NCBI GenBank assembly: GCA_963541395.1
Contig: CAUTSQ010000001.1
Location: forward strand, 1 to 57,239
Source of the DNA: an uncultured Candidatus Saccharibacteria bacterium
Lineage (GTDB): Bacteria > Patescibacteriota > Saccharimonadia > Saccharimonadales > Saccharimonadaceae
Reading direction: 5' to 3'
Length of the DNA: 57,239 nt
Part shown: positions 11,908 to 21,471 of the stretch, in pieces
Numbering within the stretch: position 1 is the first letter of the stretch
How the letters are laid out: each line of letters starts with the position of its first letter
Notes under the pieces: generated by a model
The model's database searches: none
Told to the model about the DNA's origin: nothing
Seen by the model: the letters and a program-made list of their open reading frames with translations, nothing else
Position numbers and translations under genes: made by a program

Positions 11908-14900
11908 TTACGCCTCCTCCTCTTCATTATCGTTTGTATCGTCGTAATTATCGTAATCGCTTTCCTCTTCCGAGATTTGACCGTCATCGTCAATATCGCG
12001 CACGCTCATGCCGTCGTCGATATTGCCGATGCCGTCAGATTCGTCAAGGTAGGTTTCTTCGTCGTCATCGTCGCCGGAATTATCGCTACCATTGTTATCG
12101 TCGCTTGCTGGCACAGTTTTGTCAGCCGGGCCGCTAGTAGCGATGAGATTTTCGGCATCGATATTGTTGGTGTGTTCGTCAACCAGATCGACGCGCAGCC
12201 CCAAACCTTGCAGTTCTTTCACCAAAACATTAAAGCTTTCTGGCAGCTTCGGGCCGGTGATGACGTCGTGCTTGATAATTGATTCGTAAGCTTTAGCGCG
12301 GCCGTAAACGTCGTCGGACTTGATAGTCAGCATTTCCTGCAAAGTAGTCGCCGCACCGTAAGCTTCTAGCGCCCAAACCTCCATTTCACCGAAGCGCTGG
12401 CCGCCGTTTTGCGCCTTACCGCCGAGCGGCTGCTGAGTGACCATGGTGTACGGGCCGGTCGAGCGGGCGTGAATCTTGTCGCTGACCATGTGGTGCAGCT
12501 TGATCATGTGCATGACGCCAACAGTAGTGCGCTCCTCAAAAGCTTCGCCGCTGCGACCGTCGAAGAGCTGACTCTTGCCGTCTTTGGCAAAGCCGGCTTT
12601 CTCGAGTTGTTCTTCAATCGTTTCATTACTGACACCGTTAAATGGCGGCGTAGCGACTTTGTAGCCGAGAGCGCGAGCAGCCATGCCCAAGTGTGTCTCG
12701 AACAGCTGACCCAAGTTCATACGGCTTGGCACGCCTAGCGGGTTAAGCACCACATCTACCGGCGTACCGTCAGCCAAATACGGCATATCCTCGACTGGCA
12801 AAATACGCGCTACCACGCCCTTGTTGCCGTGACGGCCAGCCATCTTGTCGCCGACACTGATTTTGCGTAGTTGTGCGACATAAATCTGGATCTGCATTAG
12901 CACGCCAGCCTTTAATTCGTGGCCGTTTTCGCGGCTGAAAATCTTGACACCGACAACTTTGCCGCCGCCAGCATTATTCATACGCTGCGAAGTATCGCGT
13001 ACGTCCTTGGCTTTTTCGCCGAAAATAGCGCGCAGCAAGCGCTCCTCAGAACTTAGCTCTTGCTCGCCCTTTGGCGTAATCTTACCAACCAAGACATCAC
13101 CGGCGCGTACTTCAGAACCAACCTGTACGATACCGTCTTCGTCGAGGTGACGCAAGCTGTCTTCCGATACATTCGGGATATCGCGAGTAACAATCTCTGG
13201 ACCGAGCTTAGTTTCGCGAACTTCAACTGAGTAATCCTTGATATTAACTGAGGTCAGCGTATCATCTTCGACCAAGCGGCGGCTGATGACGATAGCATCC
13301 TCCATATTGTAGCCGCCCCACGGCATGAAGGCCACCAACAAGTCTTTACCGAGCGCCAATTCGCCGTCAGCGATTGACATGCCCTCGATCAAGATATCGC
13401 CCTTAGCGACCTGCTCACCGCGCTGGACTCGAACTTTCTGGTTGATGCAGCGATCATCGTTGCTCTTGGTGAAATGAATTAAGTCGTATTTTTTGACGCC
13501 GTCGGCGTACTTGACTTCGATGCTATCGCCATCGGCACGGATAACTTCGCCATCAGCTTCAGCGACAACCAGTTGGCTGGAATCGCGAGCAATATTAGCC
13601 TCGATACCAGTACCGACAGTTGGCGACTGCGGCTGCAATAGCGGCACTGCCTGGCGTTGCATGTTCGAGCCAGTCAAAGCGCGGTCGACGCGGTTTTTCT
13701 CGATGAATGGCACCAGGCTAGCGGTCGAGCCGAGGATTTGCTTGTGCGAAGCGTCAATCAACGTCACTTCCGAAGCATCGACGCGGGCCGGCTGCAAGAA
13801 CTTGCGGGCCGAAACACGCGGGCTTTTCAGATTATTATTCTCGTCGAGCTTGACGCCAGCGTCGGCAATCACTTCGTTAACTTCTTGGGAAGCGTCGAGA
13901 TATACAACTTCATCGGTGACATGGCCGCCAACAACCTTGAGATATGGTGTCTCGATGAAGCCGTATTCGTTAATCCGCGCATAAGTCGCCAGGTTCAACA
14001 CCAAACCGATATTAGCGCCCTCTGGCGTCTCGACCGAGCAGATTCGTCCGTAATGTGTCGGGTGAGCATCGCGCACTTCGAAGCCAGCACGCTCGCGACT
14101 CAAGCCGCCTGGCCCCATTGAGCTCAATCGGCGTTTGTGGCTAAGCTCTGAAATCGGGTTGACCTCGTCGAGCAGCTGGCTGAGCTGACTAGAAGCAAAG
14201 AATTCGCGCACCGCTGCCACGACCGGACGGGCGTTTATCAACTGGCTTGGCGTAACACTTTCGAGATCAGACATTGACATGCGGTCCATAGCGTTGCGCT
14301 GCATGCGCAGCATACCGACGCGGAACTGGCGCGCCACTAGCTCGCCGACTAGCTTAATGCGGCGGTTGTCGAGTGCGTCGATGTCATCGCCTGGCTCTTG
14401 AGTGTTATTCATGCGGATCAATTCGCGAATGATAGCCACCAAGTCGCTCTTTTGCAGAGTACGATTCTCGGCGATATTTGGCACATCTAGCCCCAAACGC
14501 TTGTTCATCTTGTAGCGGCCGACACGGCTGTAGTCGAAGCGTTTGAAGTCAAAGAACATTCGTTCAATCATCTGGCGCGCGTTATCGGTCGTTGCCAGGT
14601 CGCCCGGGCGCAAGCGGCGGTAGACTTCAATCAATGCTTCGTTGACGCCATGAGCTGGATCTTTCTCGAGCGTAGCGTCGATATATTTGATATCGCCAGT
14701 ATCAATATCTTCGAATAGTTCTTTGATCTCGGATACTTTACTGTAGCCAAGCGCTCGCAGGAACGTCGTCACGGCAATTTTGCGGCGGCGATCGATCTTG
14801 ACGTATATAGCGCCGCTAGCGCTGGTCTCGAACTCCAACCAAGCACCGCGGCCTGGAATCAACTTAGCGCTGTATAGACTGCGCCCAGCACCCTTTTCTG

Positions 14901-15345
14901 CAGTGTAGAAGACACCCGCCGAGCGAATCAGCTGGCTAACAACCACCCGTTCCGTACCATTAATGATGAACGTTGCCCGGTCGGTCATCCACGGATAGTC
15001 GCCCAGATAGATTTCTTGTTCTTTGACCTCGCCAGTCACCTTGTTGGTCAGTTCGACCGTTACCGACAGCGGCGCTTCAAACGTCAGATTATTCTCTTTG
15101 GCGAATTTCTCGTCATTTTTTGGATCCTCAAATTTATAATCCTTGAATCGTAATTCAAGTTTTTGGCCGGTGTAATCCTCGATTGGGTTGAGTTCTGCGA
15201 AGATCTCGCTTAGGCCCGTCTCGACGAAATCTCTCCATGATTCCTTTTGATGAGCCAAGAGGTTCGGCACCTCGACCGCTGTGTCATCATTGGTGAAGAA
15301 GACACGTTTGGCCGGGGTGTGTTGCGCCGTTGTTGCTTGTGGCAT
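11908..15345 (-). CDS. rpoB: RNA polymerase beta subunit
   Basis: GDKMAGRHGNKG, GGQRFGEMEVWALEAYGA, ETPEGANIGL; acidic C-terminal tail. Confidence 0.99.
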   Translation of the reverse strand: MPQATTAQHTPAKRVFFTNDDTAVEVPNLLAHQKESWRDFVETGLSEIFAELNPIEDYTGQKLELRFKDYKFEDPKNDEKFAKENNLTFEAPLSVTVELTNKVTGEVKEQEIYLGDYPWMTDRATFIINGTERVVVSQLIRSAGVFYTAEKGAGRSLYSAKLIPGRGAWLEFETSASGAIYVKIDRRRKIAVTTFLRALGYSKVSEIKELFEDIDTGDIKYIDATLEKDPAHGVNEALIEVYRRLRPGDLATTDNARQMIERMFFDFKRFDYSRVGRYKMNKRLGLDVPNIAENRTLQKSDLVAIIRELIRMNNTQEPGDDIDALDNRRIKLVGELVARQFRVGMLRMQRNAMDRMSMSDLESVTPSQLINARPVVAAVREFFASSQLSQLLDEVNPISELSHKRRLSSMGPGGLSRERAGFEVRDAHPTHYGRICSVETPEGANIGLVLNLATYARINEYGFIETPYLKVVGGHVTDEVVYLDASQEVNEVIADAGVKLDENNNLKSPRVSARKFLQPARVDASEVTLIDASHKQILGSTASLVPFIEKNRVDRALTGSNMQRQAVPLLQPQSPTVGTGIEANIARDSSQLVVAEADGEVIRADGDSIEVKYADGVKKYDLIHFTKSNDDRCINQKVRVQRGEQVAKGDILIEGMSIADGELALGKDLLVAFMPWGGYNMEDAIVISRRLVEDDTLTSVNIKDYSVEVRETKLGPEIVTRDIPNVSEDSLRHLDEDGIVQVGSEVRAGDVLVGKITPKGEQELSSEERLLRAIFGEKAKDVRDTSQRMNNAGGGKVVGVKIFSRENGHELKAGVLMQIQIYVAQLRKISVGDKMAGRHGNKGVVARILPVEDMPYLADGTPVDVVLNPLGVPSRMNLGQLFETHLGMAARALGYKVATPPFNGVSNETIEEQLEKAGFAKDGKSQLFDGRSGEAFEERTTVGVMHMIKLHHMVSDKIHARSTGPYTMVTQQPLGGKAQNGGQRFGEMEVWALEAYGAATTLQEMLTIKSDDVYGRAKAYESIIKHDVITGPKLPESFNVLVKELQGLGLRVDLVDEHTNNIDAENLIATSGPADKTVPASDDNNGSDNSGDDDDEETYLDESDGIGNIDDGMSVRDIDDDGQISEEESDYDNYDDTNDNEEEEA

Positions 15346-15512
15346 AGTACTCCTGCTTGATGGTTAAGTTTTATGAAACCGCATTAGGGGTGATGATCCC
15401 CGCTCGCGATTGGCACCGAAGCTTTACTAAATGTAGATACCGCATACCAAAAACGCCGCGCCACAGGCGCAGTACACAACCAACCCACATTACACAATCT
15501 TCATTATCTCTA

Positions 15513-15541
15513 ATTATAATCGCGCGAAGCCGCTAAGTCAA
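15513..15541 (-). promoter_or_regulatory. rpoBC promoter
   Basis: TTGACT-17bp-TATAAT. Confidence 0.7.
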
Positions 15542-15639
15542 GAGTTTTGGCAATAAAAACAAGGAAAATCCCCGCCAGTTTTACCTGGCGGGGCGGCTAG
15601 AGATGGCTCCCCCTAGCTGGAGCGCCTCGTTAAGAGGCG

Positions 15640-16002
15640 TTATTTGAGGTGAGTGGTGTCGCGCTGTGAGTCATTCCAGACTTTGGCGGCTTTGGCCATC
15701 GCGTAAGCAAAGGCTATCATAGCGCAGCTAGCCAGCGCAAACAAGGCAGCAAAAACCGCTACCCAGATCGTACCAATCACTAGGAGTCTGAGCACTACAA
15801 GCGCCGCAGCTGTGGCATAAAAAAACCACGCGGCTGCGCCCAACTTGCAGTACCGCACCCTGTGCGTAGTATACACGCTAGTCGAGACGGGGCTATAAAT
15901 CCCCTGGCTCTCCGACTGCAGGAACGCCCTGTGGGCGAGCGCAGCGGCAATAGTACCGCTGCTAAACGAGGCCAAAATCATAACCTCGACGATTCTAATC
16001 AT
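15640..16002 (-). CDS. Orphan hydrophobic protein (cassette-like)
   Basis: TGTGGTATAAT promoter, CTGAGGAGG SD, about 3 TM segments, three hairpins downstream (15569-15639). Confidence 0.6.
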   Translation of the reverse strand: MIRIVEVMILASFSSGTIAAALAHRAFLQSESQGIYSPVSTSVYTTHRVRYCKLGAAAWFFYATAAALVVLRLLVIGTIWVAVFAALFALASCAMIAFAYAMAKAAKVWNDSQRDTTHLK

Positions 16003-16158
16003 CTCTCTTTCACCTCCTCAGGTCGAAACGACTAGAATATCTAAAATTATACCACAGCGTCTCTCAAGGCGCGACCTTCTGCCTAGAAATCGCAAATCTG
16101 CTAAAATCATCGCCGTTATCGTGCGGCTGTCAAACTAGTCAACCGCTTCTTCAGCGGA

Positions 16159-16788
16159 TTATTTTCCAGATTTCCCTGGTTTGCTGTCTTTGTTGTTTTT
16201 GTGGCCGATTACTTCGTCGACTATGCCGTATTGCAGCGCTTCGTCGGCGCTCATCCAGTAGTCGCGCTCCATGTCAGCTTTGACCTTGTCAAGTTTCTGG
16301 CCAGTGTTGCCGGCTATGATTTTCGCTAACCGCTCTTTTAACTCTATCGCCTCGCGCAGGCTGATTTCTTGGTCGGTCACCTTGCCGTGAGTGCCGCTCG
16401 ACGGCTGGTGAATCATCACCCGGGCGTTCGGTAGCAAATAACGCTTACCCTTGGCGCCGCTGCTGAGCAAGAAAGCGCCCATACTGGCCTGCAACCCAAT
16501 GCCGATCGTCTGGACGTCAGGCTTGATATATTGCATAGTATCATAAATCGCCAAGCCATCGTACACCACGCCGCCTGGGCTGTTGATATAGAGTTGGATA
16601 TCCTTTTCGGGATCTTCATTGGCTAAGTGCAGCAGCTGAGCCACGATGACGTTGGCTGTAGCTTCGTTGACTTCCTCGCCTAGGAAAATGATGCGATCCT
16701 CGAGCAAGCGCGAATAAATGTCGTAACCGCGCTCGCCGTCGCGCGTACGGACGATTACGTTGGGCACTAAGTAATTCGATGGTTTCAT
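16159..16788 (-). CDS. clpP: ATP-dependent Clp protease proteolytic subunit
   Basis: [19 protein letters not shown] (catalytic Ser), MIHQP, MERD. Confidence 0.98.
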   Translation of the reverse strand: MKPSNYLVPNVIVRTRDGERGYDIYSRLLEDRIIFLGEEVNEATANVIVAQLLHLANEDPEKDIQLYINSPGGVVYDGLAIYDTMQYIKPDVQTIGIGLQASMGAFLLSSGAKGKRYLLPNARVMIHQPSSGTHGKVTDQEISLREAIELKERLAKIIAGNTGQKLDKVKADMERDYWMSADEALQYGIVDEVIGHKNNKDSKPGKSGK

Positions 16789-16809
16789 AGTCTGATTGTA
16801 GCGTACTAA

Positions 16810-16836
16810 TTAGCACTCGTCAAGGCAGAGTGCTAA
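16810..16836. promoter_or_regulatory. CIRCE operator (HrcA) over the clpP -35 box
   Basis: TTAGCACTC-N9-GAGTGCTAA perfect consensus; - strand TTGACG-17bp-TACAAT. Confidence 0.92.
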
Positions 16837-16933
16837 TAACTTGCTATTTAACACGAAATGTAGTATAATAAAAAGATGGATGGCGCAATCCCGCGCTGTC
16901 TAGCTCCGTTTTTTAAGAGAGAGGGGGTACGCT

Positions 16934-17371
16934 ATGAGCGTACCTATCCCACCACCCGACCAGACGCCGCTGTGGCGGCGTCTCCTAGCCATCCTCCTGC
17001 TGGCCGTTTGGCCGGCGGGAGCGTTTTTCCTCCTCCTCGGCTCCGCAGCCGAGGAGAGTAGCCTTCTCGGCCGGGGCTTCATTGCCCTAGTCGAGGCGCC
17101 GTGGTGGGCGCTGACCAGCGCCGTGATGGCTCTGGTCACCGTCACTCTGCTGTGCGTCCCAGCCACCCTCAGGGTGGCTGGAGATTTCATCATCGGAGCG
17201 AGTTCGCTCGCCCTGGAGATAGCTTGGGCCGTCGACCCTGCGACGACCCAGGTAGCAGGCACTCCCCTTTGGGGATGTCTGCTATTTACCACCGGCATCG
17301 CCCTGATTGATGCCGGCCACAACCTTCAGGAGCGGCGGGCTCGCCCGCCGCAGAGCGAGAACGGGTCATAA
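16934..17371 (+). CDS. Orphan GC-rich multi-pass membrane protein (cassette-like)
   Basis: TTGCTA-17-TATAAT promoter, GAGGGGG SD, about 4 hydrophobic segments. Confidence 0.65.
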   Translation: MSVPIPPPDQTPLWRRLLAILLLAVWPAGAFFLLLGSAAEESSLLGRGFIALVEAPWWALTSAVMALVTVTLLCVPATLRVAGDFIIGASSLALEIAWAVDPATTQVAGTPLWGCLLFTTGIALIDAGHNLQERRARPPQSENGS

Positions 17372-17383
17372 GCCCCGCCCCGC

Positions 17384-17426
17384 CAGACTAACAGTCTCGC
17401 CGGGGGCGGGGCTGTTAGTCTTTTTT
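17384..17426 (+). terminator. Intrinsic terminator
   Basis: agactaacagtctcgcc...gcggggctgttagtct followed by a T-run. Confidence 0.8.
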
Positions 17427-17534
17427 GGCAATATTTCTTACGCTAGCACCCCGCTTTTCTTTTAGTCTTAGTCTCATATTCAAAATACCCCGCTTACGCT
17501 AGCGAGGTATTTTTTGGCAGGCGTGTTATTACTG

Positions 17535-18977
17535 CTACTTGCTTGCCGCTTCTGATTTCTTTGCTTTGGCGCTAGATTTTTTGCCAGCTGGTTTCTTGGC
17601 GGCTGGTTTGCCGTCTTTGCTATTTTTACCAGCCTTAGCAGCCTTGTCCGTCTTGCTTTTGTCAGTTTGCACAGTTTTTGCTTTCTTAACATCTGGAGTG
17701 TTTAGCTCAACCAATTTATCAACAGTCTTTTCGGTGATCAAACGATTGGCGATTTCGCGCTGGGCTTCTGGCTGATCGAAACGTTTAGCCATTTCGGTGT
17801 TATTAGCGTATTGTTGCTTGTAAGCATTGATGTGCGCTGCCAGCTCGTCGGCGGTTGCTTCGATTGCCAGCTCTTTGCTCAGTTCGGCTAGTACCAACCC
17901 AGCTTTGATACGCGCCTCGGCTGTATCGTTAGCTTCTGCTTCGACCCAAGCGTCGCGGTTGGCAAACCCGCGCGATTCGTAGTATTGATCCAGCGTCATG
18001 CCACGGTACCGCAAATTTTGCACCAAATCCTGCTCCAGCGAGCGGATCTGATCTTGACGCAGTACGTCTGGCACAGCCACATCGCTGGCTGCTACTAATT
18101 GCTTAACCAAATCGTCTTTTAATTCGTCTAGCGCTTGGCGCTCTTGCTGCGCAGTGATTTCGGCTTCAATATCTTGGCGCAAATCGTCCATCGAAGTATA
18201 AGGGCCAGCCTTGGCAGCAAACTCATCATTCAGCTCGGGCAACTCCACCTTATTAACCTTCTTGATAGTCGTTTCAAACACTACGTCGGCGCCCGCCAAA
18301 TCTTTGGCATGATAATCTTTCGGGAACTGCAGGGCGACGTCCTTTTTATCGCCCGCCTTGAGGCCAACTAGCGCTTCTTCAAAACCCGGGATAAAAGCGC
18401 CGCTACCGATGGTCAGCGGATAATCTTTGCCGGTGCCGCCCTGGAAAGCTTTGCCGTCGCGCTTGCCAACGAAATCAATAATCACCTCGTCGCTGTCTCG
18501 CGCTGCTTCGGTGGTTTCAGTCTTTTCAGCCAAACCTTTACGAATGCGTTCAATTACTTCTTCGACGTCTTTTTTGTCAACTTTGATTGCCTTTTTGGTT
18601 GCTTTGAGTTTCTTGTAATCGCCAAGCTTAATCTCGGGCATGATATCAGCCTCGGCCGTAAATTCCAGCGTCTCGCCAGGTACGAATTTCTTCAGCTCAA
18701 CTTCTGGGCGGTCAAGTACTTGCAGTTTGTTGCTCAGGAACGCCTCGGCGACAGCGCGATTAATTGCCGCCTCTAATGTCTCTTGGCTAAGCGTGTGCGG
18801 GTCGGCGTGCTTTTTGACTACCGCAATCGGCACGTGGCCCTGGCGAAAGCCATTAACTTTGATTTTTTTAGCCATTCGCTTGAGCGCAACTTGTTCTGCT
18901 GTCTCAAGCTCTGGCTGGCCTGCCGCTACCGTTACCAGGACGCGGGTGGCCGATAATTTCTTCACAGTCGTCTTCAT
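17535..18977 (-). CDS. tig: Trigger factor
   Basis: GFRQGHVP ribosome-binding motif, FKBP domain (FIPGFEEAL, FPKDYHAKDLAG); Lys/Ala-rich tail. Confidence 0.96.
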   Translation of the reverse strand: MKTTVKKLSATRVLVTVAAGQPELETAEQVALKRMAKKIKVNGFRQGHVPIAVVKKHADPHTLSQETLEAAINRAVAEAFLSNKLQVLDRPEVELKKFVPGETLEFTAEADIMPEIKLGDYKKLKATKKAIKVDKKDVEEVIERIRKGLAEKTETTEAARDSDEVIIDFVGKRDGKAFQGGTGKDYPLTIGSGAFIPGFEEALVGLKAGDKKDVALQFPKDYHAKDLAGADVVFETTIKKVNKVELPELNDEFAAKAGPYTSMDDLRQDIEAEITAQQERQALDELKDDLVKQLVAASDVAVPDVLRQDQIRSLEQDLVQNLRYRGMTLDQYYESRGFANRDAWVEAEANDTAEARIKAGLVLAELSKELAIEATADELAAHINAYKQQYANNTEMAKRFDQPEAQREIANRLITEKTVDKLVELNTPDVKKAKTVQTDKSKTDKAAKAGKNSKDGKPAAKKPAGKKSSAKAKKSEAASK

Positions 18978-19025
18978 AACGACGTATTATAACAGATTAT
19001 GCTCAGGCTGGCTATTTTGGACAAG

Positions 19026-20204
19026 CTACAAGATATCTGACAAGTCGAAAACATCGTCGTCTTCGTCGTACTGCTGATGATGACGGCGATCGCTGACAGC
19101 AGTGACAACCCGCTCGAAGCTGACTTGCTGTTCGCTGTTTTCGCGAATATTTTGTAGATTATACAAGCCCTTGGCGACAGACTGCTCATCAACCGTCATC
19201 ACGTAGCGGACGCGCTTTTTAATGGCTTCTTTGACCTGGCGGTCAATCGGTCGGCCAGTATAATCAACTTCGACTGAAACCCGTTCGCTGCGCAGCTTTT
19301 CGGCGATTCGTTCAGCGTCGTCAAGTACATTGCCTACGGTTACAATATAAGCCTGAGTAGCGCTCTCGAGGTGGCGCATACCAGTATGGCGCGCCAGCAG
19401 CTCAATAATATTCGACATGTCTGATTGGCCGCCGACCGAACTTTGCAAGTCGTTATTGACGTAGCGTCCGCCCTTATAGAGTAAGGCACTATGTGTAGCA
19501 TCAGCTTCGGTGAAATCGAAAATAATGCCGCCAGTGTATTCTGGATGTGCCAACGTGATATCAAGGATAACGTTATCAATTCCCAGCCGCTCTAACCGTT
19601 CATATAATGCCACTAAATTCACATAACATTCACTATGGCGGATAACTTCTGGTAAGTCTTCGGCCGATCTGGCGGTCAAAAGCTTAGATAATTTTTGTAG
19701 AACTTCACTAGAGTGCGACAACCCGACGATATCAATTGCGCGGTCGCGAAACTTATCTGGGGCTAATGTTCGCTTCTGCGCTAGTAGGCGCGCCATCAGG
19801 CTAGTCTGGACGGCGTCAAGATCAAGGTACTCGCTCAGTAGCAAATCGAGCATCTCTGAGTCATTAATACGTAAATTATAAGCCGAACGCTTGATGCCCA
19901 TAGCGTCGAGGCCGCGCTTGGCGATAGCGATTGCTTCGACATCAGCTCGCGGCGACTCGCAGCCGGCATGTTCGTAGCGCAGCAGATAAGATGCGCTCGG
20001 GTAGGCCGACACGCCGAAAGCGCCCGCTACGATGTCGTAACGGCGACGATTCTGTAATTTTGACTCAGTGTCAATATCATATTCTTCATAGCCGTACAGT
20101 GTTGCCGTATTGCGCCACGATTGCTCGACTAGCTGGCAAGCGCGCACGGTATTCGGATAGTGCACGTCTGTATCGGCGGTTACATTGGATGCTGGTGCCA
20201 TCAT
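19026..20204 (-). CDS. Degenerate histidyl-tRNA synthetase paralog (HisS/HisZ-like)
   Basis: YGYEEY, YTGGIIFD, GGRY and a C-terminal anticodon-binding-like domain; class II motif 2 appears missing. Confidence 0.65.
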   Translation of the reverse strand: MMAPASNVTADTDVHYPNTVRACQLVEQSWRNTATLYGYEEYDIDTESKLQNRRRYDIVAGAFGVSAYPSASYLLRYEHAGCESPRADVEAIAIAKRGLDAMGIKRSAYNLRINDSEMLDLLLSEYLDLDAVQTSLMARLLAQKRTLAPDKFRDRAIDIVGLSHSSEVLQKLSKLLTARSAEDLPEVIRHSECYVNLVALYERLERLGIDNVILDITLAHPEYTGGIIFDFTEADATHSALLYKGGRYVNNDLQSSVGGQSDMSNIIELLARHTGMRHLESATQAYIVTVGNVLDDAERIAEKLRSERVSVEVDYTGRPIDRQVKEAIKKRVRYVMTVDEQSVAKGLYNLQNIRENSEQQVSFERVVTAVSDRRHHQQYDEDDDVFDLSDIL

Positions 20205-20438
20205 ATACCCCTATTATAGCATAAATAGAATTATTTTGCAAGAGTGTTATCAAGCTTATGGCGACATGCTCACTCATACACGGCAATATCAGATGTCGCG
20301 CCGATATTTCGCGGACGAATTGAATCGAATTGTGTATGATCTAAATTGTAAAATTTTTGCAACTGTCTGTCTACAAACTCTTTACAGGCGCACCTAAATC
20401 AGCTAGAATGGGTTTGCGCGCTAGATATGATTATGCGC

Positions 20439-20665
20439 GGCGACTATGTAGGTAGCGAAGTGCATGTAGACGCGTAGCGCGTTAGGTCTCTAGAGATTAA
20501 TATAGATAATCGCGATATAGTACTTTACAATCACACTCAGATGTGGCGACTGCGTGGGCAACGCAAGTATGCGTAGACGCGCTGCGCGTTGCTAAGAATC
20601 GGTAGATGTCGCGATATAGTACTTTACAATGACACGCAGATGTGGCGGAATTGGTAGACGCGCTA
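20439..20665 (+). repeat. Degenerate ~100-bp tandem repeat overlapping the tRNA 5' end
   Basis: tcgcgatatagtactttacaat at 20510 and 20609; ggcg...gtagacgcg recurs at about 20439, 20545 and 20644. Confidence 0.75.
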
Positions 20666-20722
20666 GCTTCAGGTGCTAGTGCCTTTCGGGGCGTGGAGGT
20701 TCAAGTCCTCTCATCTGTACCA
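20636..20722 (+). tRNA. tRNA-Leu(CAG)
   Basis: GCAGATG/CATCTGT acceptor stem, anticodon arm ctagc-TTCAGGT-gctag, long variable arm, GGTTCAAGTCC, encoded CCA. Confidence 0.96.
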
Positions 20723-20754
20723 TAACTTGTATTTAGTGGAACAACGTTAATGCT

Positions 20755-20782
20755 GCCCGCTCAGGCAAAGCGGGCTTTTTTT
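20755..20782 (+). terminator. Terminator after tRNA-Leu
   Basis: gcccgct...agcgggc followed by T7. Confidence 0.8.
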
Positions 20783-20831
20783 GTTGAGCAAATAGTTGCC
20801 TCGCAGCTAAAGTTTGTGTTTAAATAGAAGC

Positions 20832-21296
20832 ATGACGAACGAAGAACTAGCGATCAAGATCGACAACCTAAGCGATATCGTTGCTAATCTAGCAAAAACG
20901 ATGGACGAACGGTTTAAGCAGATTGACCAAAGGTTTAAGCAAATTGACGAACGTTTCGAGCAGATCGACCGCAGGTTTGAGCAAGTTGACGAGCGTTTTG
21001 AGCAAATCGATGAGCAGCTTGCTGATATCCGCAAAGACCACAAGACTCTGGTTGATATCGTGAAAGATATGGATCTGGCGGCAGATGAACGGTTCCAGGA
21101 ATTAAAGGCTGGGCAAGCCGAGCTGGCGGCTAACCAAGAGAGTCTGCGGGCCGACCTTGCTGTTGTTCGCCGCGAGCTGTACCATGAGTCTGGCAGCCGC
21201 GAGATGGTAGACGACACGCTTTATAACTCGCTTGATAAGCGCTTGCGCCGAGTAGAGGCAAAGTTTCCTGATTTAGCGTCGAGCCAAGCGGTCTAG
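20832..21296 (+). CDS. Coiled-coil heptad-repeat protein
   Basis: Five tandem D(E/Q/R)RF(K/E)Q(I/V) heptads (21-nt repeats, 20904-21008). Confidence 0.8.
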   Translation: MTNEELAIKIDNLSDIVANLAKTMDERFKQIDQRFKQIDERFEQIDRRFEQVDERFEQIDEQLADIRKDHKTLVDIVKDMDLAADERFQELKAGQAELAANQESLRADLAVVRRELYHESGSREMVDDTLYNSLDKRLRRVEAKFPDLASSQAV

Positions 21297-21471
21297 CTGT
21301 TCCGCTCAAAATACGATTGCTCTTCTCTTCTCCTACGCTAGTTTTAAATAAGTGTAAGCGATAGCGTGCATATATTTGGTCTGTTAATCGATTAAGAGGC
21401 CACTTTTTGCTAGCGGCGTTAACAATTATAACAAGCCATTTGTAGAAAATATAATTTTTGGCAGTATCTGC

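Noticed and set aside
11907..11993. Extended rpoC N-terminus from the ORF track
   Set aside because: Overlaps the rpoB tail; the SD-supported ATG is at 11906. Similar over-extensions were trimmed for tyrS, clpC, nusA, tgt, rnhB, rsmD and malic enzyme
20439..20722. Prophage/ICE att site at tRNA-Leu
   Set aside because: The duplicated part is the 5' end, not the 3' end, and no integrase or phage genes are adjacent
20904..21008. 21-nt tandem repeats as a CRISPR array
   Set aside because: No spacers; repeats are in-frame coiled-coil heptads with synonymous variation; no cas genes
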